From contig NC_083225.1 in the NCBI RefSeq assembly GCF_032191835.1, forward strand, positions 134,168,001 through 134,232,000: a stretch of 64,000 nucleotides of DNA, read 5' to 3'. The notes below the pieces were generated by a model. That model ran no database searches. It saw only the letters and a program-made list of their open reading frames with translations, and was not told where the DNA came from. This DNA is from Heteronotia binoei. Lineage: Eukaryota. Within the stretch, counting starts at the first letter, position 1. Each line of letters starts with the position of its first letter. This document shows, one piece after another, positions 37,700 through 51,508 of this stretch. The position numbers and the translations under genes were made by a program.

Positions 37700-38560
37700 C
37701 CTCCCCACCGGAGACCTATGTGGGTTCTTCACGGATCCTTGGGTGCATCGAACGATCAAAGCTGACAAGGAAAAGGAGAGAAAGAGGGCGACGCAAAGGG
37801 CAGTCCTCAGGGAGAGCAGGCTTGCGGCCCCTCTCGGAGGTTTCCCGACCCACAATTTGGAGGCAACTTTTCAGGGTTTTTAATACATGTCAAGAGCGGA
37901 ACAGGAGGCAGAGATTCGTGACATGGCTACTCACACGTCACTCCTCGAACTTCCCTTTTGCTAACGAGAGGGAGGCACCAACCCCCGCCCCTTCCATAGG
38001 CGGCCAAGCAACAAGTCCCCTTCAGCGAAAAAGCGGCGCTCTCCGGAGGGAGACATACACGTCAGCCTCGCCCCGCCCCGGAAGAAGGGCGGAGTGGCCG
38101 GCTTTTGCTCACGCTGCAGCCCGCGTGCCGAGCCCGGTTGAGCTCTGTGTGAAGGTTTGTATGTAACTGAGACATTTCGGAGTGGAGGGCGGGATATAAG
38201 TTCAGTATCATCATCTTCTTCTTCTTCTAGAGGGAGGGAGCCTTGCGCGGGTCCGGGGACTAATGACTCCCTTCTCCCTGAGTTTATAAGGCGGCCGCGC
38301 CATTTAAGGTGCGTCTTCTGTCACCCCCTCGTGCTCGGCAGCTCACACTCAAAACGGCGTCTTGTAGCTCTCTGGCTAAGATTATGAACTCTTGACTACT
38401 GCAGCAGATCTTTCCACCACGCTACCATGCTTTAGACGCCTGTAAAGCCTCGTTCTTTATACGCTGATCCAGCTCATCTCTATTTATGGGCTTTCTTTCT
38501 CATCCTTCATGCGCTCTCCTACTCCGAGCCGTGTTCTTGATGTTTGCGCGGCTGGATCCT
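37700..38560 (+). promoter_or_regulatory. RIOX2: CpG island, probable RIOX2 promoter and non-coding first exon(s)
   Basis: Densest cluster of CpGs outside transposons. GC boxes (CCCCGCCCC, GGGCGG), ETS-like CCGGAAG near 38078, CACGTCA half-CRE sites, candidate donors AAG|GTTTGT (38154) and AAG|GTGCGT (38308). About 4 kb upstream of the ATG exon. Confidence 0.8.
38166..38228 (+). mobile_element. 3' tail of an L2-tail SINE within the CpG island
   Basis: tgagacatttcggagtggagggcgggatataa...tcttcttcttct nearly matches 44381-44436. Confidence 0.75.
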
Positions 38561-40941
38561 TCCTAAGTTTGGACATAGCTGGGGTTGCCAGATTGGCCTT
38601 TGCTAAGACGGTAGAGCTTTAGGACGCTGCGAACACTTGGCTCTTTCGATGAGCAGGGCTGCTGGTCTCTTTGCAGGAATATTACATATGTTTTCTTTAG
38701 AATACGTGACCCGAATGTGTTCAAGGGCAGGCTGGCTTATATATACCACATCTAGAATGCTGGCTCCCGCTCTCCCCTGCAATTGATTGCAACCTGTTCA
38801 CTTGGTAGGAAACAATGATTAAAGTGTATATGGAAGTGCAGTTCAGAGGACATCTAGAGTGAGCAAATATGCATATATGAATGTGTGTGGGGTTTGATTG
38901 TGACTGCAGCCCTACTCTGATGCATTTAGTTAAACATCTGCATGGATACTACATGCCCAGTATTATTTATTGAGATAGTTATATCACACTTTTCTTCCCA
39001 GTATGGTTTATGATATCATACTTCCCATCTCCATTTTGTTCTCTCAACAACCCTGTGAAGTAGGCTAGGCTGAGGGAGCAGACTGGTTCAAGGTCATTCA
39101 GGGAGCTTCCATGTCAGAGTAGGTACTCAAGCCAGGGGCCTAGTTTGATGCACTAACCACAGTTTCATGCTGGCTTTCTATGGAGTCCTGATTTTACAGA
39201 GAGAGAGAGAGAGCACTCCATACATGTTCAGCTGTAAACAGGCCTTGTAGAGGCACACTGTGACTGGGATGTTTACGGATATTTGAGGTTAGCTGTGTGG
39301 GAATGCAGAAATAGTCTGCTTAAGAGCATAAGAAAGCTTACATTCTGAATAAAACTTAGTTGGTCTTAAAGGTGCACTTGTCTACTGCTTTGTTCTGTTG
39401 GCATGTTTTCAGTTCAGATCACAGCCTTACCTGTAATATTTATAACTATGTAAGCATTTTCTTTTACAGAGTTGTCACTAAGATGTACCACAAAGTACTT
39501 TGAACACTCTAAATGACTTAATGCGAAAGAATGAGCACTCCTATTTTCTGAAGTTGATCTTTATTTCACATTGCCAGTTTCCCGAAATAAATATTGTTAC
39601 CAATCAAGACCGTTCTGTTTCCAGAGACGAGCATCACAGATCTCCAGTTGCTTTTATTTTTTGACATTCTGATTTGGTAAGTCTTAAATGTATGTGAGAA
39701 ATTTTTTTAGCTCTCCCCACCACCACCACTATTGTACAGTTGCCAGTTTTCTCTTAGTGCTGTTTTCTTAAATAGGTTTTGACCAAGAAAGGAAGGGAGC
39801 ATAAAGTAGTACCTTGTTAAAATATTTAGTCAAAGATGTAGCAGGCAAGAAAGGGAAATAATGTTTTATATGTTACCTTCCTTGCCCATGGGGTTGCAGA
39901 GGTTGCTAAATGGCATGTTGGTGACATGTGCACAGCATCTTTGAGCTCCTTTAAAAAAAAAAATCTCAAAATGCTTTACATAATGGCAGTATTAACACAA
40001 CCTCTGTGGCTGAAACCAGCTGCTAACAAATAAGTGGCGCTTCCCCAACAGAGAGCGGGAAGGTTAGTTGAGGATGCCAGGCAGTTTTCATTGTCATAGA
40101 ACATGTCACAGGAGCCAAAGGAGCCAGATAGACCAGCATTTAAAAAGCTTTATTTCAGAGCCAAATACTCTGATAACAAAGGCTTGAAGAGCTGAGGTGA
40201 CCCTGCTGAGATTTTATTCAGATTTCCCCCCCTCCCCCCACACACAGTCTGTCTTAGAAACCTAGAAGACTAGCTGAGGGTTTATATAGAAAAATACAAC
40301 TTGGTCCTAAATGTGTGTAATAATAACTCAGTTAATGCTGATGCAGATGAGTACTTATGTCATTCAGCATCTCACTAACATGGTCTAGTGCTTTGAACTG
40401 AACACGCAAAATGCCACCATTGTTATATGTTTTGTTTGTAATGAAATTGAACTTTGGTGCTTCAATGGCCTCAAACACTTGAAAATTCTTTCTTTCTGTT
40501 GGAGTAATTGAGTGAAGAATGTCCATGTATGAACTCTCTAATGTGTAGGAACAGCACTTTTTAATTTTGTCTCAAGTATTCATCACCTTTGAGTACTACC
40601 TCAGTTACTTCCCCTTGAATGTGTTGTAGGGGTTCCGTTGTCTTTAGAACTATAGGCTCTGGAAAACTTTCTTCAAGGTGTAAATTGAAGGGCCTCCGTG
40701 TTCTCTGATTCTCTGAACAATTTCTGGGAAACTAAGGCTGAAGTCCTGTATGAGCAAGTTCCATGAATCTTATAAGTTTCTTGTAAGTAAGTTTGTGGAA
40801 CTTGCATCTGTTTATCTATAGGCTATTTTTTATTTTGCTAGAAAGTGCAACTCCTTTGCCCTCTGTTGACAATATTTGGATGAAATCCTGTAAAGGTTTG
40901 CCTATTGTCTTTCCTTTTTTGCGTATTTGACTATTTTGTTT

Positions 40942-42040
40942 TAAGAACATAAGAGAAGCCATGTTGGATCAGGCCAACGGCCCATTCAGTCCAACACTCT
41001 GTGTCACAGAGTGGCAAAAAAATTTATATATACACACATACTGTGGCTAATAGCCACTGATGGACCCGTGCTCCATATTTTTATCTAAACCCCTCTTGAA
41101 GGTGGCTATACTTGTGGCCGCCACCACCTCCTGTGGCAGTGAATTCCACATGTTAATCACACTTTGGGTGAAGAAGTACTTCCTTTTATCTGTTTTAACC
41201 TGTCTGCTCATCAATTTCATCGAATGCCCACGAGTTCTTGTATTGTGAGAAAGGGAGAAAAGTACTTCTTTCTCTACTTTCTCCATACTATGCATTATCT
41301 TGTAAACCTTTATCATGTCACCCTGCAGTCGATGTTTCTCCAAGCTAAAGAGTCCCAAGCGTTTCAACCTTTCTTCATAGGGAAAGTGCTCCAGCCCTTT
41401 AATCATTCTAGTTGCCCTTTTCTGGACTTTCTCCAATGCTATAATATCCTTTTTGAGGTGCGGCGACCAGAACTGCACACAGTACTCCAAATGAGACCGC
41501 ACCATCGATTTATACAGGGGCATTATGATACTGGCTGATTTGTTTTCAATTCCCTTCCTAATAATTCCCAGCATGGCGTTGGCCTTTTTTATTGCAAATG
41601 CACACTGTCTTGACATTTTCAGTGAGTTATCTACCACGACCCCAAGATCTCTCTCTTGGTCAGTCTCTGCCAGTTCACACCCCATCAACTTGTATTTGTA
41701 GCTGGGATTCTTGGCCCCAATGTGCATTACTTTGCACTTGGCCACATTGAACCGCAACTGCCACGTTGACGCCCACTCACCCAGCCTCAACAGATCCCTT
41801 TGGAGTTCCTCACAATCCTCTCTGGTTCTCACCACCCTGAACAATTTAGTGTCATCCGCAAACTTGGCCACTTCACTGCTCACTCCCAACTCTAAATCAT
41901 TTATGAACAAGTTAAAGAGCATGGGACCCAGTACCGAGCCCTGCGGCACCCAACTGCTTACCGCCCTCCACTGCGAAGACTGCCCATTTATATTCATTCT
42001 CTGCTTCCTGTTACTCAGCCAGTTTTTGATCCACAAGAGC
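40942..42040 (-). mobile_element. 5'-truncated CR1 with an uninterrupted 329-codon RT C-terminal ORF
   Basis: ORF 41047-42036 (VPQGSVLGP, FADD, WNSLPQ); tail RC of aagaacataagagaagcc; in RIOX2 intron 1. Confidence 0.95.
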
Positions 42041-42277
42041 TTTATAAGAGTTTTACTTTATAAGATGCTACCGACAGGTGCTTCAGTCCTAAAGTTCGAG
42101 TCCCGTTGACATCAGTGAGATGCCATTCTGGCTAGCTAGCGTTATAGTGTGACACCCTAATCCTATGTTTACCTAAAAACAAGTTCTGTTAGATTGGTGA
42201 AAACGGTCCATGCTCACTTAGGTCCATTCATTTCAGATTTATGTCTAAGCTAAACATGCATAAGATTGGACTGATAA

Positions 42278-42760
<483 letters not shown>

Positions 42761-43054
42761 TAGCTTTTGCAATTGTAATTTTGAGTTGATGCAGGCATAT
42801 GCTTAAGTGAGGCCCTTGGATCTCATGTGCTAACTTGGTATCTGGGTTCAGTGTTATGTGTGACTGACACCAGCCCAGCTGGAAAAGAGCTTAGAGATAT
42901 TTCTCAAAAAAGGAAAGGAAGGTACTCAATTTCTATATTATCTACTTTATTGTTCCTTCTGGACTGCGATAACAAGATGCTGGCTAAGGTATGAACTTCA
43001 AGTTGTAGTATGGGGACTCAATATCATGTAATGCAGCTTGTCCATGGGTACTGT

Positions 43055-43506
43055 CAGGCCCGTAGCCATGGGGGACCTGGGGGGCATGGCCTCCCACCCA
43101 ATCCCCCCTTGGACCTTTATGGCCCCTCCATTCCCCGGCTCTCTCTGTGCTGCTTTGGCGGCCCCCACCCCACTCCGTGGGCGCCTCCCCCCTCCCTTCC
43201 CAACTCATCAATGCGGCGAAATAGGGAAGAGCAGCCTTCAGCGGCCCTTTCAAGATGTCCCCCCTGCCGCTGCTGGTCACGTGACTGGTGGGGGCAGGGG
43301 GGACGTTTTGAAAGAGCCCCTGAAGCCCACTCTTCCCTGTTTTGCTGTGTTGGTGAGTTGGGAGGGGGAGGTGCTGCGCATAGGGGCGGGGCCACTAGAG
43401 CAACGCGGAGATCGAGGCCAGAGCGAGGGCTGCCAGAGGGGGGATCCTCCATACAAAAATTTTTCCTGTGGGCCCCGCCTTCTGGAATTTTCTGGCTACG
43501 GGCTCG
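43055..43506. mobile_element. GC-rich hAT MITE
   Basis: caggcccgtagcca / tggctacgggctcg; perfect 8-bp TSD GGTACTGT. Confidence 0.88.
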
Positions 43507-43803
43507 GGTACTGTTTTCAGATTCTGGAATGCATTTGAAGGGCAGGTTTTCCTTTTTTCTAAGCATTTAACATGCCAAAAGGTTAGTTTGCATCACCTTG
43601 GGGGGCGGGGTAATTACAGAGTTGTTTCATATGTCAGCTTAATTGCATATTTTTGGAAACAGCATTTCTTAAATCTTGCTTGGTTTTAGAAATTCTGGGA
43701 AATGATATGACGTGTGCTTAGTTTACTAGACTGACATTCATTGTAAGTCTCAGGAAGCTACAAGAAGTGTCAGTTTTACAGGGTAATTTTAATTCATTTA
43801 GAG

Positions 43804-44128
43804 CAGGGGTCCTCAACCTTTTTAAATAGGGGGCCAGTTCACTGTCCCTCAGACTGTTGGAGGGCCGAACTGCCGTTACTGTACAAGGCCGCGGGCCGTC
43901 AGTTCTCCATCTTCTGCATCTCTCTCCCTTCCCCACACCACACACCCCGGCCTGGGAACTCACCTCACCTCGGTATCGCCTCACACTCTGTCTCTGCCGC
44001 CTCAGCCCAGTGCCAGAAGTGTGCGTTGCTAACGCAAGTTTAGGTCGAACGTCACTTCCGGTCTGATTTTGCCATAACCCGGCGGGCCGCATAAACGTCC
44101 TCAGCGGGCCGCAGGTTGAGGACCCCTG
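43804..44128. mobile_element. Charlie-type hAT MITE (OposCharlie1-like ends)
   Basis: Perfect 16-bp TIR CAGGGGTCCTCAACCT; perfect 8-bp TSD ATTTAGAG. Confidence 0.9.
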
Positions 44129-44239
44129 ATTTAGAGGAAGGTAAAGCCAGTATTTTAGTGTAAGAGGAAGAATGCTTCAAGTCACCATGGTATTTGAATT
44201 GTCACACCTGTCATATTGAGTGGAAGCTCACTAGCTATA

Positions 44240-44436
44240 GGTATTAATACTTGGGTCAGCCATAGCTCTGGCAGAGGTTGTCCTTGAAAGCGCAGCTGCT
44301 GTGAGAGCCCTCTCCAGCCCCACCCACCTCACAGGGTGTCTGTTGTGGGGGAGGAAGGTAAAAGAGATTGTGAGATGCTCTGAGACTCTTCGGAGTGTAG
44401 GGCGGGATATAAATCCAATATCTTCTTCTTCTTCTC
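44240..44436 (+). mobile_element. Squam3-like SINE, 5'-truncated
   Basis: ttgggtcagccatagctct...cctcacagggtgtctgttgtggg...(tct)n tail. Confidence 0.8.
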
Positions 44437-45305
44437 TTTTATGCACAAGTTCAATAATTGTTTTTAAGATACTTTACATATCTATGACTTAACTTTAGTT
44501 CATGTAAAGTATAACTCTTGCGTCAAATGCAATTCTGACATTTCTGAGTGGTTTAATCTGCTGTAAAGTGAAGAGAAAGTCATGTGCCATATGTGAATAA
44601 GGATACAATTATTTTCTGGGTTGTACGATAACCAAACCAATATTGATGCATGCCTACTTTATTTGGTACATAACATACTGTGCTTTAAAGGAATTACACT
44701 GTAACTGTCTATATAGTTTGCTTTAAAATATTTTGTTCCCAATACGCATGAACTTGCATGAAGTTGTCTTACGCTGAGTGAGATTGTTGGTCTATTGAAG
44801 TAAATACCATCTACTTTTGAGTAGTAACATTTCTTCAGGATCTCAGGTAGAGGTGTTTCACATAACTCACAACCTGATTCTGTTTTAACTGGAGACCTGG
44901 ATCTGGAACTTCTTGCATGCCGAGCAGAGATAATCTGCCCATGAACCATGGCTTCTCCATTCTGTTCTTTCTCTTGAACTAGTTAGTGAATCTTTTTGTT
45001 TGGAATTACATAGTGAAGTTACTCAAATAAACTATAGTTAATGGGGAGGATTTGTCTGAGAGAGAAAATAAAGTGGACCAAAATGAAAAATGGCTAAATG
45101 GAATGTTCTTATATTCCAGGAATGTTACACTAACTTATCTGTCTATTAATTTATTGTATCTGTCTAATTTATCTGTCAATGAGTTTTGTTTCTGGGTCCA
45201 ATAATCTCAAGTTAATATAATGTCCAAATTTGATCCTGCCTGCTGTTAGGTTTTTAAGTAGAATATTTGTAAGCACACAGCACTCCTGTTGGGAGGAGGA
45301 GCTAG

Positions 45306-45575
<270 letters not shown>

Positions 45576-45844
45576 TGACCCAAAACTGTCTGTAATATCT
45601 TGGTTACAACTGCTCTTCACAGTAGAAATAAAGTGACTTCCTGGAGGCCATTGTGTGTTTTTTATATAATGAATAGTGTATGTATTCACACAGGTACATT
45701 CTGGCTCATGATAGTTATGTAAACCCTATTACTTGTTATGAGGATAGTTTTATGTTTTGTAAATGACTGTCAATGAATACATGTTCTCCAGTGAGGTTAG
45801 GTCAATGTGCTAGAAACTAGAGGGGCTTCTTGATGTACCATTGA

Positions 45845-46039
<195 letters not shown>

Positions 46040-46219
46040 TAAAAGTATAAAATCCACTCTCTTCTGCCAGGGGAGCTTGTCTGCATCCTCTAGATCTTAG
46101 AGGAAGATCATAGTGATTTTGCTGGGTGCATTTATCCTACTATGTTTCTGCTTTCAATCGTTTTTACTATTTTTATTTCTTATAGATCTATTCTGCATTA
46201 TACAAATGAGAAGGTGTGT

Positions 46220-46498
46220 ATGGCATAGTTCAAGGGTGTGGCTCTTGAAGCCCTCACTGCCCTGTTGGCCGGTTTGGAGAAGGCATTTCTCTCTTTAAAT
46301 CTATTCTCCAAGCCTAGCCAGATGGTGGCTTGGAGAATGCATTTAAAGTTGCTTTCTTTCCCTCTCCCCTCCCTACTTCATCTTCCTTCCTTCCTTCCTT
46401 GCCTGCTCTCAACATCTGATGTTCATGTCTTGTGGCTCTCAGACATCTGATTTTTTATTCTGTGTGGCTCTTAAGTTAAGCAAGTTTGGCCACCCCTG
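46220..46498. mobile_element. hAT MITE, 36652 family, left TIR missing
   Basis: gtggctcttgaagccctcactg...agtttggccacccctg. Confidence 0.8.
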
Positions 46499-47245
46499 AC
46501 ATAGTTTATGAGCAACAACAAAAATATGATTATGGGAATGAACCTCAAATGTCATTGGATTGGTGTGCTCACTTCTGACTTAGAAATAATTTCTACTTCC
46601 TTTGCAAACTATTGTTATGTTGAAACAACAATTCATGGTTTGTACACTTCCCTCCAACCTGGTTTGTTGTGAATGCAGTTGATTTCTGAGCTATGTGTAT
46701 AGAGAGGGTGGAGGATTTCTATAACGAGAAACCATAGTTTGCTATCACTTGTGAATCATGCTTAAGTGTAGAGGCTGTTGTGTAGCCATGGCTGATTTAA
46801 TTCAGATAGTATTGAGAACTTCACAATCTTGGAATTCTGCTTGCCTAAAGATGGCTCAAGGCATGTCCTCAATGCCAGAGCTTTCTCCACTAGCAGATTG
46901 TATTTTATGCTGATATAATGCATTACACTTAGCTGATCAGAACAATATGATATGGTCCACAGTAAATAATTGTGACTACTCTGTAAATTTACACATTGCT
47001 GGACTTGCAGGATAAATATTATCAGAATATATAAAGTTTAGCCTGCAGGGTTTTAGGATGGAATGTTTTTGCAACAGCACAGTTGTGCATGGAATTTGGA
47101 TGGTTCTATCAGATCAGAATGGTAAATTCAACTGTTTTTGGTGGAGCTGAGAGATTTAAAAAATATACAGAAGCACAGCAGTGTAGGCCTTTTAAATGTC
47201 CAAATCATAATTTTAACTGTCTGTGTCCACCCCAACTCCTTCTAG

Positions 47246-47350
<105 letters not shown>

Positions 47351-47933
47351 TAAGCACTCTCTTTTCCCTTTCTAGTGAAGTTTTCTAGCACACTTTCTTG
47401 AAGTTACTTTGTGGCAGTGGAAGCCACATGCTCAACACCAACTGAAATTCTTTGCTTTAAGTGAAATCCTGCGAAGTGCTTGATTGCATAAGTTGAGAAC
47501 CTGTGTGTTGTATTTTGTTGACGATCCGTTGACTTTTGACCCATGGGGACAAGTTTGCAGCTTGGTATTATCTTGGACCATGCCTTGCTATTTGATAGAT
47601 GTCATTAGAATGGCTTTTCCTTGATTTTTGCAGGTCTGGTTCTGTCTTGAAAGACAAGGATATTAACACACTGATTCATGCTTCTTTAATTTCCAGACTT
47701 CTCTGTAATCTTCTGCCCTTCAGGAGTACCTGGAACCTTCAGCTAATGCAAAGTTCTAGGTCTTATCTCTGGTTAAGGAGGCAGCCTTTATTTTGTTGAC
47801 TACAGTGGTAGCTTCAGTCTAATTCATAGTGTTCACTTTGGTCTATAAAGCTATTCGTGGTCTGGATTCCACATTTCACATAATTGAAAAAGGGGATCAT
47901 GCCAATTCACCTTACAAAACAGTATACTTGGGG

Positions 47934-48121
47934 TGAACATATGAAGCTGCCTTCTACTGAATCAGACCCTGGGTCCATCAAAGTCAGTATTGTCTACTCA
48001 GACTGGCAGCAGCTCTCCAGGGTCTCAAGCTGAGGTTTTTCACGCCTATTTGCCTGGACCCTTTTTAGTTGGAGATGCCGGGGATTGAACCTGGAACCTT
48101 CTGCTTACCAAGCAGATGCTC
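47934..48121 (-). mobile_element. tRNA-derived SINE with CR1-type tail
   Basis: RC contains B box ggttcaatccc and ends cagcttcatatgttca; head homologous to 52327-52405. Confidence 0.75.
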
Positions 48122-49079
48122 AGGGGTGAGGTGTCATTTCACTTCAAAGGATTGTAAACCCTTTATTATACATCTTCTGAAACCTCTTAAATTTTTGTTT
48201 AAGTGGCTTTTTGCATTTAAAGTGTTTAGTTTAGTTTTTAGTTTCGTTTTCACTAGGTATTCATGGAATGGTTGTCTCAATTGCTTTGTTGAGAACTTTC
48301 AAATATTTGTAGTAAAAAAGGTACATAAATAAACATGTGACTTTTCTGTTTGAAAAGTTATTTCATAATAAAGTGAACTGCAAGAAAATCATTGTCTGTG
48401 GTCACCACATGCATCACACAATCATTTTTACTCCATTCAGATAACCAGTTTATGAGTACAGTTTTTCTTTGTGTCACTGCACTGTTTTCTCACATTTACA
48501 CTATATGAGGAAGCACTGGCAGCTCAAGGGAGAAGTTGTGCATCTTCCTTTGTGGGGTATTTTGCATGTTTTTCTGAACTGCATGAGGAAAAGCAGAGCT
48601 GCTTCCCTTGTGCTTTTTCTTTCTGTATTTTCTTGTTATATGCAAAACCAGTCTTTAGCCATTGGACTTGGGCTCATAATGAAATAATTTTGTTTTCAGT
48701 ATTTGGTCTCTTTGTCTGCAGTAGGAAATTATAAAGTATTAGCGTAGAAGAACTATTGCTTTTCCAGTTTCTTAACCATTAAAGATATTAGGAGTTGTTT
48801 AGAAAGAGAAAATTAAATAGTTCAATATTTTTAAAGTAATTTTGTGTGGTGTGTGTGTGGTTTTTGTGGCGGTAGTCACTGGTACTAGCATCTATATTGG
48901 CGACTCTGCCATGTCCTGAGGGGGAAATGGGGTAGAAGTTGGTGCAGCCTTAAAAAATAAAAGCATACCTAAATGTAATTCTTAGCCAGTGTTGCTTGAC
49001 TGACAAGAAATATTACTGGATAGAAGCATAACGGGTAGGCAGATTTTGTTGGTTATAATGAGTGTTGTATAGAGGTAGT

Positions 49080-49260
49080 CAGCGCTCTTTTTCTAGCAGG
49101 AGCTCATCTGCATATTAGGCCACACCCCCTGATGTGGCCAATCCTCCTGGAGCTTACAGTAGGCCCTGCACTAAAAGCCCTCTAAACTCTTGGAGGATTG
49201 GCTACATCAGGGAGGCATGGCCTAATATGCAGAGGAGCTCCTGCTAGAAAAAGAGCCCTG
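49080..49260. mobile_element. Fold-back hAT MITE with about 70-bp TIRs
   Basis: ctctttttctagcaggagctc..gcatattaggcca mirrored at the right end; TSD gaggtagt / gaagtagt. Confidence 0.85.
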
Positions 49261-49419
49261 GAAGTAGTAAACATTTGTTTAACACCTAGTCAGACTAGAG
49301 GACATTTAATACATTTAATTCTACACTTTAACTAGAAGGAGTCCAGTTATTCCTTTTGGCTAAAATAACCAAAAGGATAACTGATCCTTGGCGTGTAAAT
49401 ATTCAGCATATGGTAATAG

Positions 49420-50930
49420 CACAACTGGGGTCCTGTAGGGTTCCATCTTGTCTCCCATGCTGTTTAGCATCATATGAAATTGCAGGGTGAGATCATCTGG
49501 AGATATGGAGTGAAGTGCCACCAAAATTCAGATGACACCCAGCTCTGTTTCACCTTAACAGCTGAGTCAGGTGGGTCAGGCAATGGTAATATTGGTTAAG
49601 ACCAATATTACCATAGTGAAGCTGAATCCAGACAAGACAGAGGTAATGTTGACTGGAAAGGCAGATATTCTGGAGGGATTGAATTCACTTATCTTAGATG
49701 AAATAATGTTGGCTTTTTCAAAACAGGTTAAGAACTTGGTGGGGTGATGTTCATGGACCCTGCCTTGCTGTTTAAAAAGTAAGTTGGCATGGTGGCCAAG
49801 AGCACCTTCTATCAGCTGCATCTGATTCACCAACTTTCTCATTACCTAGACTCAGCTGATCTGGCCACACTGATCAATGCTTCTATAATGGTTGGATTAC
49901 TGCAGTGCATTCTACATGGGGCTGCCAGTGAATACAACCTGGAAACTACAGCTGGTCCAGATGTCATCAGGGGCTATCTACTGGGAACATATGTTGCCCA
50001 TTTTGAAACAGCTTCATTGGCTGTGAGTCTGTTTCTGAGTTCAATTCAAGATGCTGGTTATGACATTTAAAGCCCTTCATGATCTAATACACACATATTC
50101 AAAGGATAGTCACCTTTCATAGGTTTCTGTGTGCCACCAACTACCACTGAAGGAACAGGTTTTGGATACTATTGCATCCTGACCTATAGTTGGCATGTAG
50201 CATCGCTGTGGCATTTAGTGCCCTTTATCAGTTTTGGTTGGTTCACCAGCTATGGCAATTCCTTAGAAAGCATGATCTGACCACAGTGATCTGTGCTTTG
50301 ATTACATCTCGGTTAGATTACTCTAATGTGCTTTATCTGTGGTTGCCTTTGAAAATGGTCTGGAAACTTGGAGCTTGTATAAAATGCAGTAGCCAGGCTA
50401 TTGTCAGGGGTGGGATACAGGGATCATATCACTTGAGTGTTGAATGAACTGCACTGCCTACCTGTTTGTTTCTGGGGACAATTCTTACCTATTGGGCCAG
50501 GATACTTGAAGTTCTGCCTCTTCCCACATTGTCTAGCTTGCCAATTGAGAACTGTGTTACAAGCCTGGCTCTCTGTGCTCCAATTTTCAGAGGCAAGGTG
50601 AATGGCAACCATGTTCAGTAATGGCAGCTAGCTTGTGGAATTTCCTTCCCCTTGAGGTTCACCTGGTGTTACTTTCTTTTGGGCACCAGGTCAAAACATT
50701 TCTGCTCACCCAGGCTTTTAATTGGGGTGTTGATTTTTTTAAACACTATTTCAGTCTGGAAACTTATTTTAAGATGTCCATGGTCTGTTTTTATGGCTTA
50801 TGCGGGGTTGTCTCCCCCTCTTTGCTGGATTTTAATAAATATATTTTAATGATCTGGTTTTATTGTTTATTTTAAAGGCCACCTCAGACAGGATCCTGGA
50901 GAGGCGACATAGAAATTTCCAAATAAAATA
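49420..50930 (+). mobile_element. Old degraded L2 RT / 3' fragments (two overlapping pieces)
   Basis: Remnants of GS.LSP.LF, DDTQL, KLNPDKTEV, TSRLDYSN and an L2-type tail ending aaataaaataa. Confidence 0.75.
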
Positions 50931-50964
50931 AGAAAACTTATTATTTAAGTTATTGGAAACAGCT

Positions 50965-51256
50965 CTGGAGTGGCCAAACTTGCTTAATGTAAGAATTATG
51001 TAGAATAAATGTCAGATGTTTAAGAACTGCAAGACATGAACATCAGATGTTTGAGAGCTGCAAGACAGGAAGGAAAATGGAGGGGAGGGAGGGAGGAGGG
51101 AAGGATAGGTAGAAAGAAAGCAACTTTAACTTTAAATGCATTCTCCAAGCCATCTGCTGGCTTGTCTTGGAGGGATGATTTAAAGAGAGAAATGCCTTCT
51201 TCAAGCTGGCCAACATAGCAGTGGGGGCTTCAAGAGCCACAGTTTGGCCACCCCTG
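50965..51256. mobile_element. hAT MITE, 36652 family, inverted
   Basis: gtggccaaact / agtttggccacccctg; flanks aaacagct / aactagct (6/8). Confidence 0.8.
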
Positions 51257-51373
51257 AACTAGCTGCTGTTAGACCATTTGGCCTGATGCTTGAAGCATGC
51301 CTTCTTGTGTTGTTCATTTTCAACAGGAAAGATTGCTTCAGATTGACTTGCTTGTCATTCTTAATTTCTTTAA

Positions 51374-51508
<135 letters not shown>

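Noticed and set aside
37638-38387. ORFs of 76-148 aa in the CpG island
   Set aside because: Expected from stop-poor GC-rich promoter DNA; no recognisable homology.
42984-43570. Overlapping 150-186 aa ORFs on both strands
   Set aside because: They lie within a GC-rich MITE bounded by TIRs and a TSD; no protein motifs.
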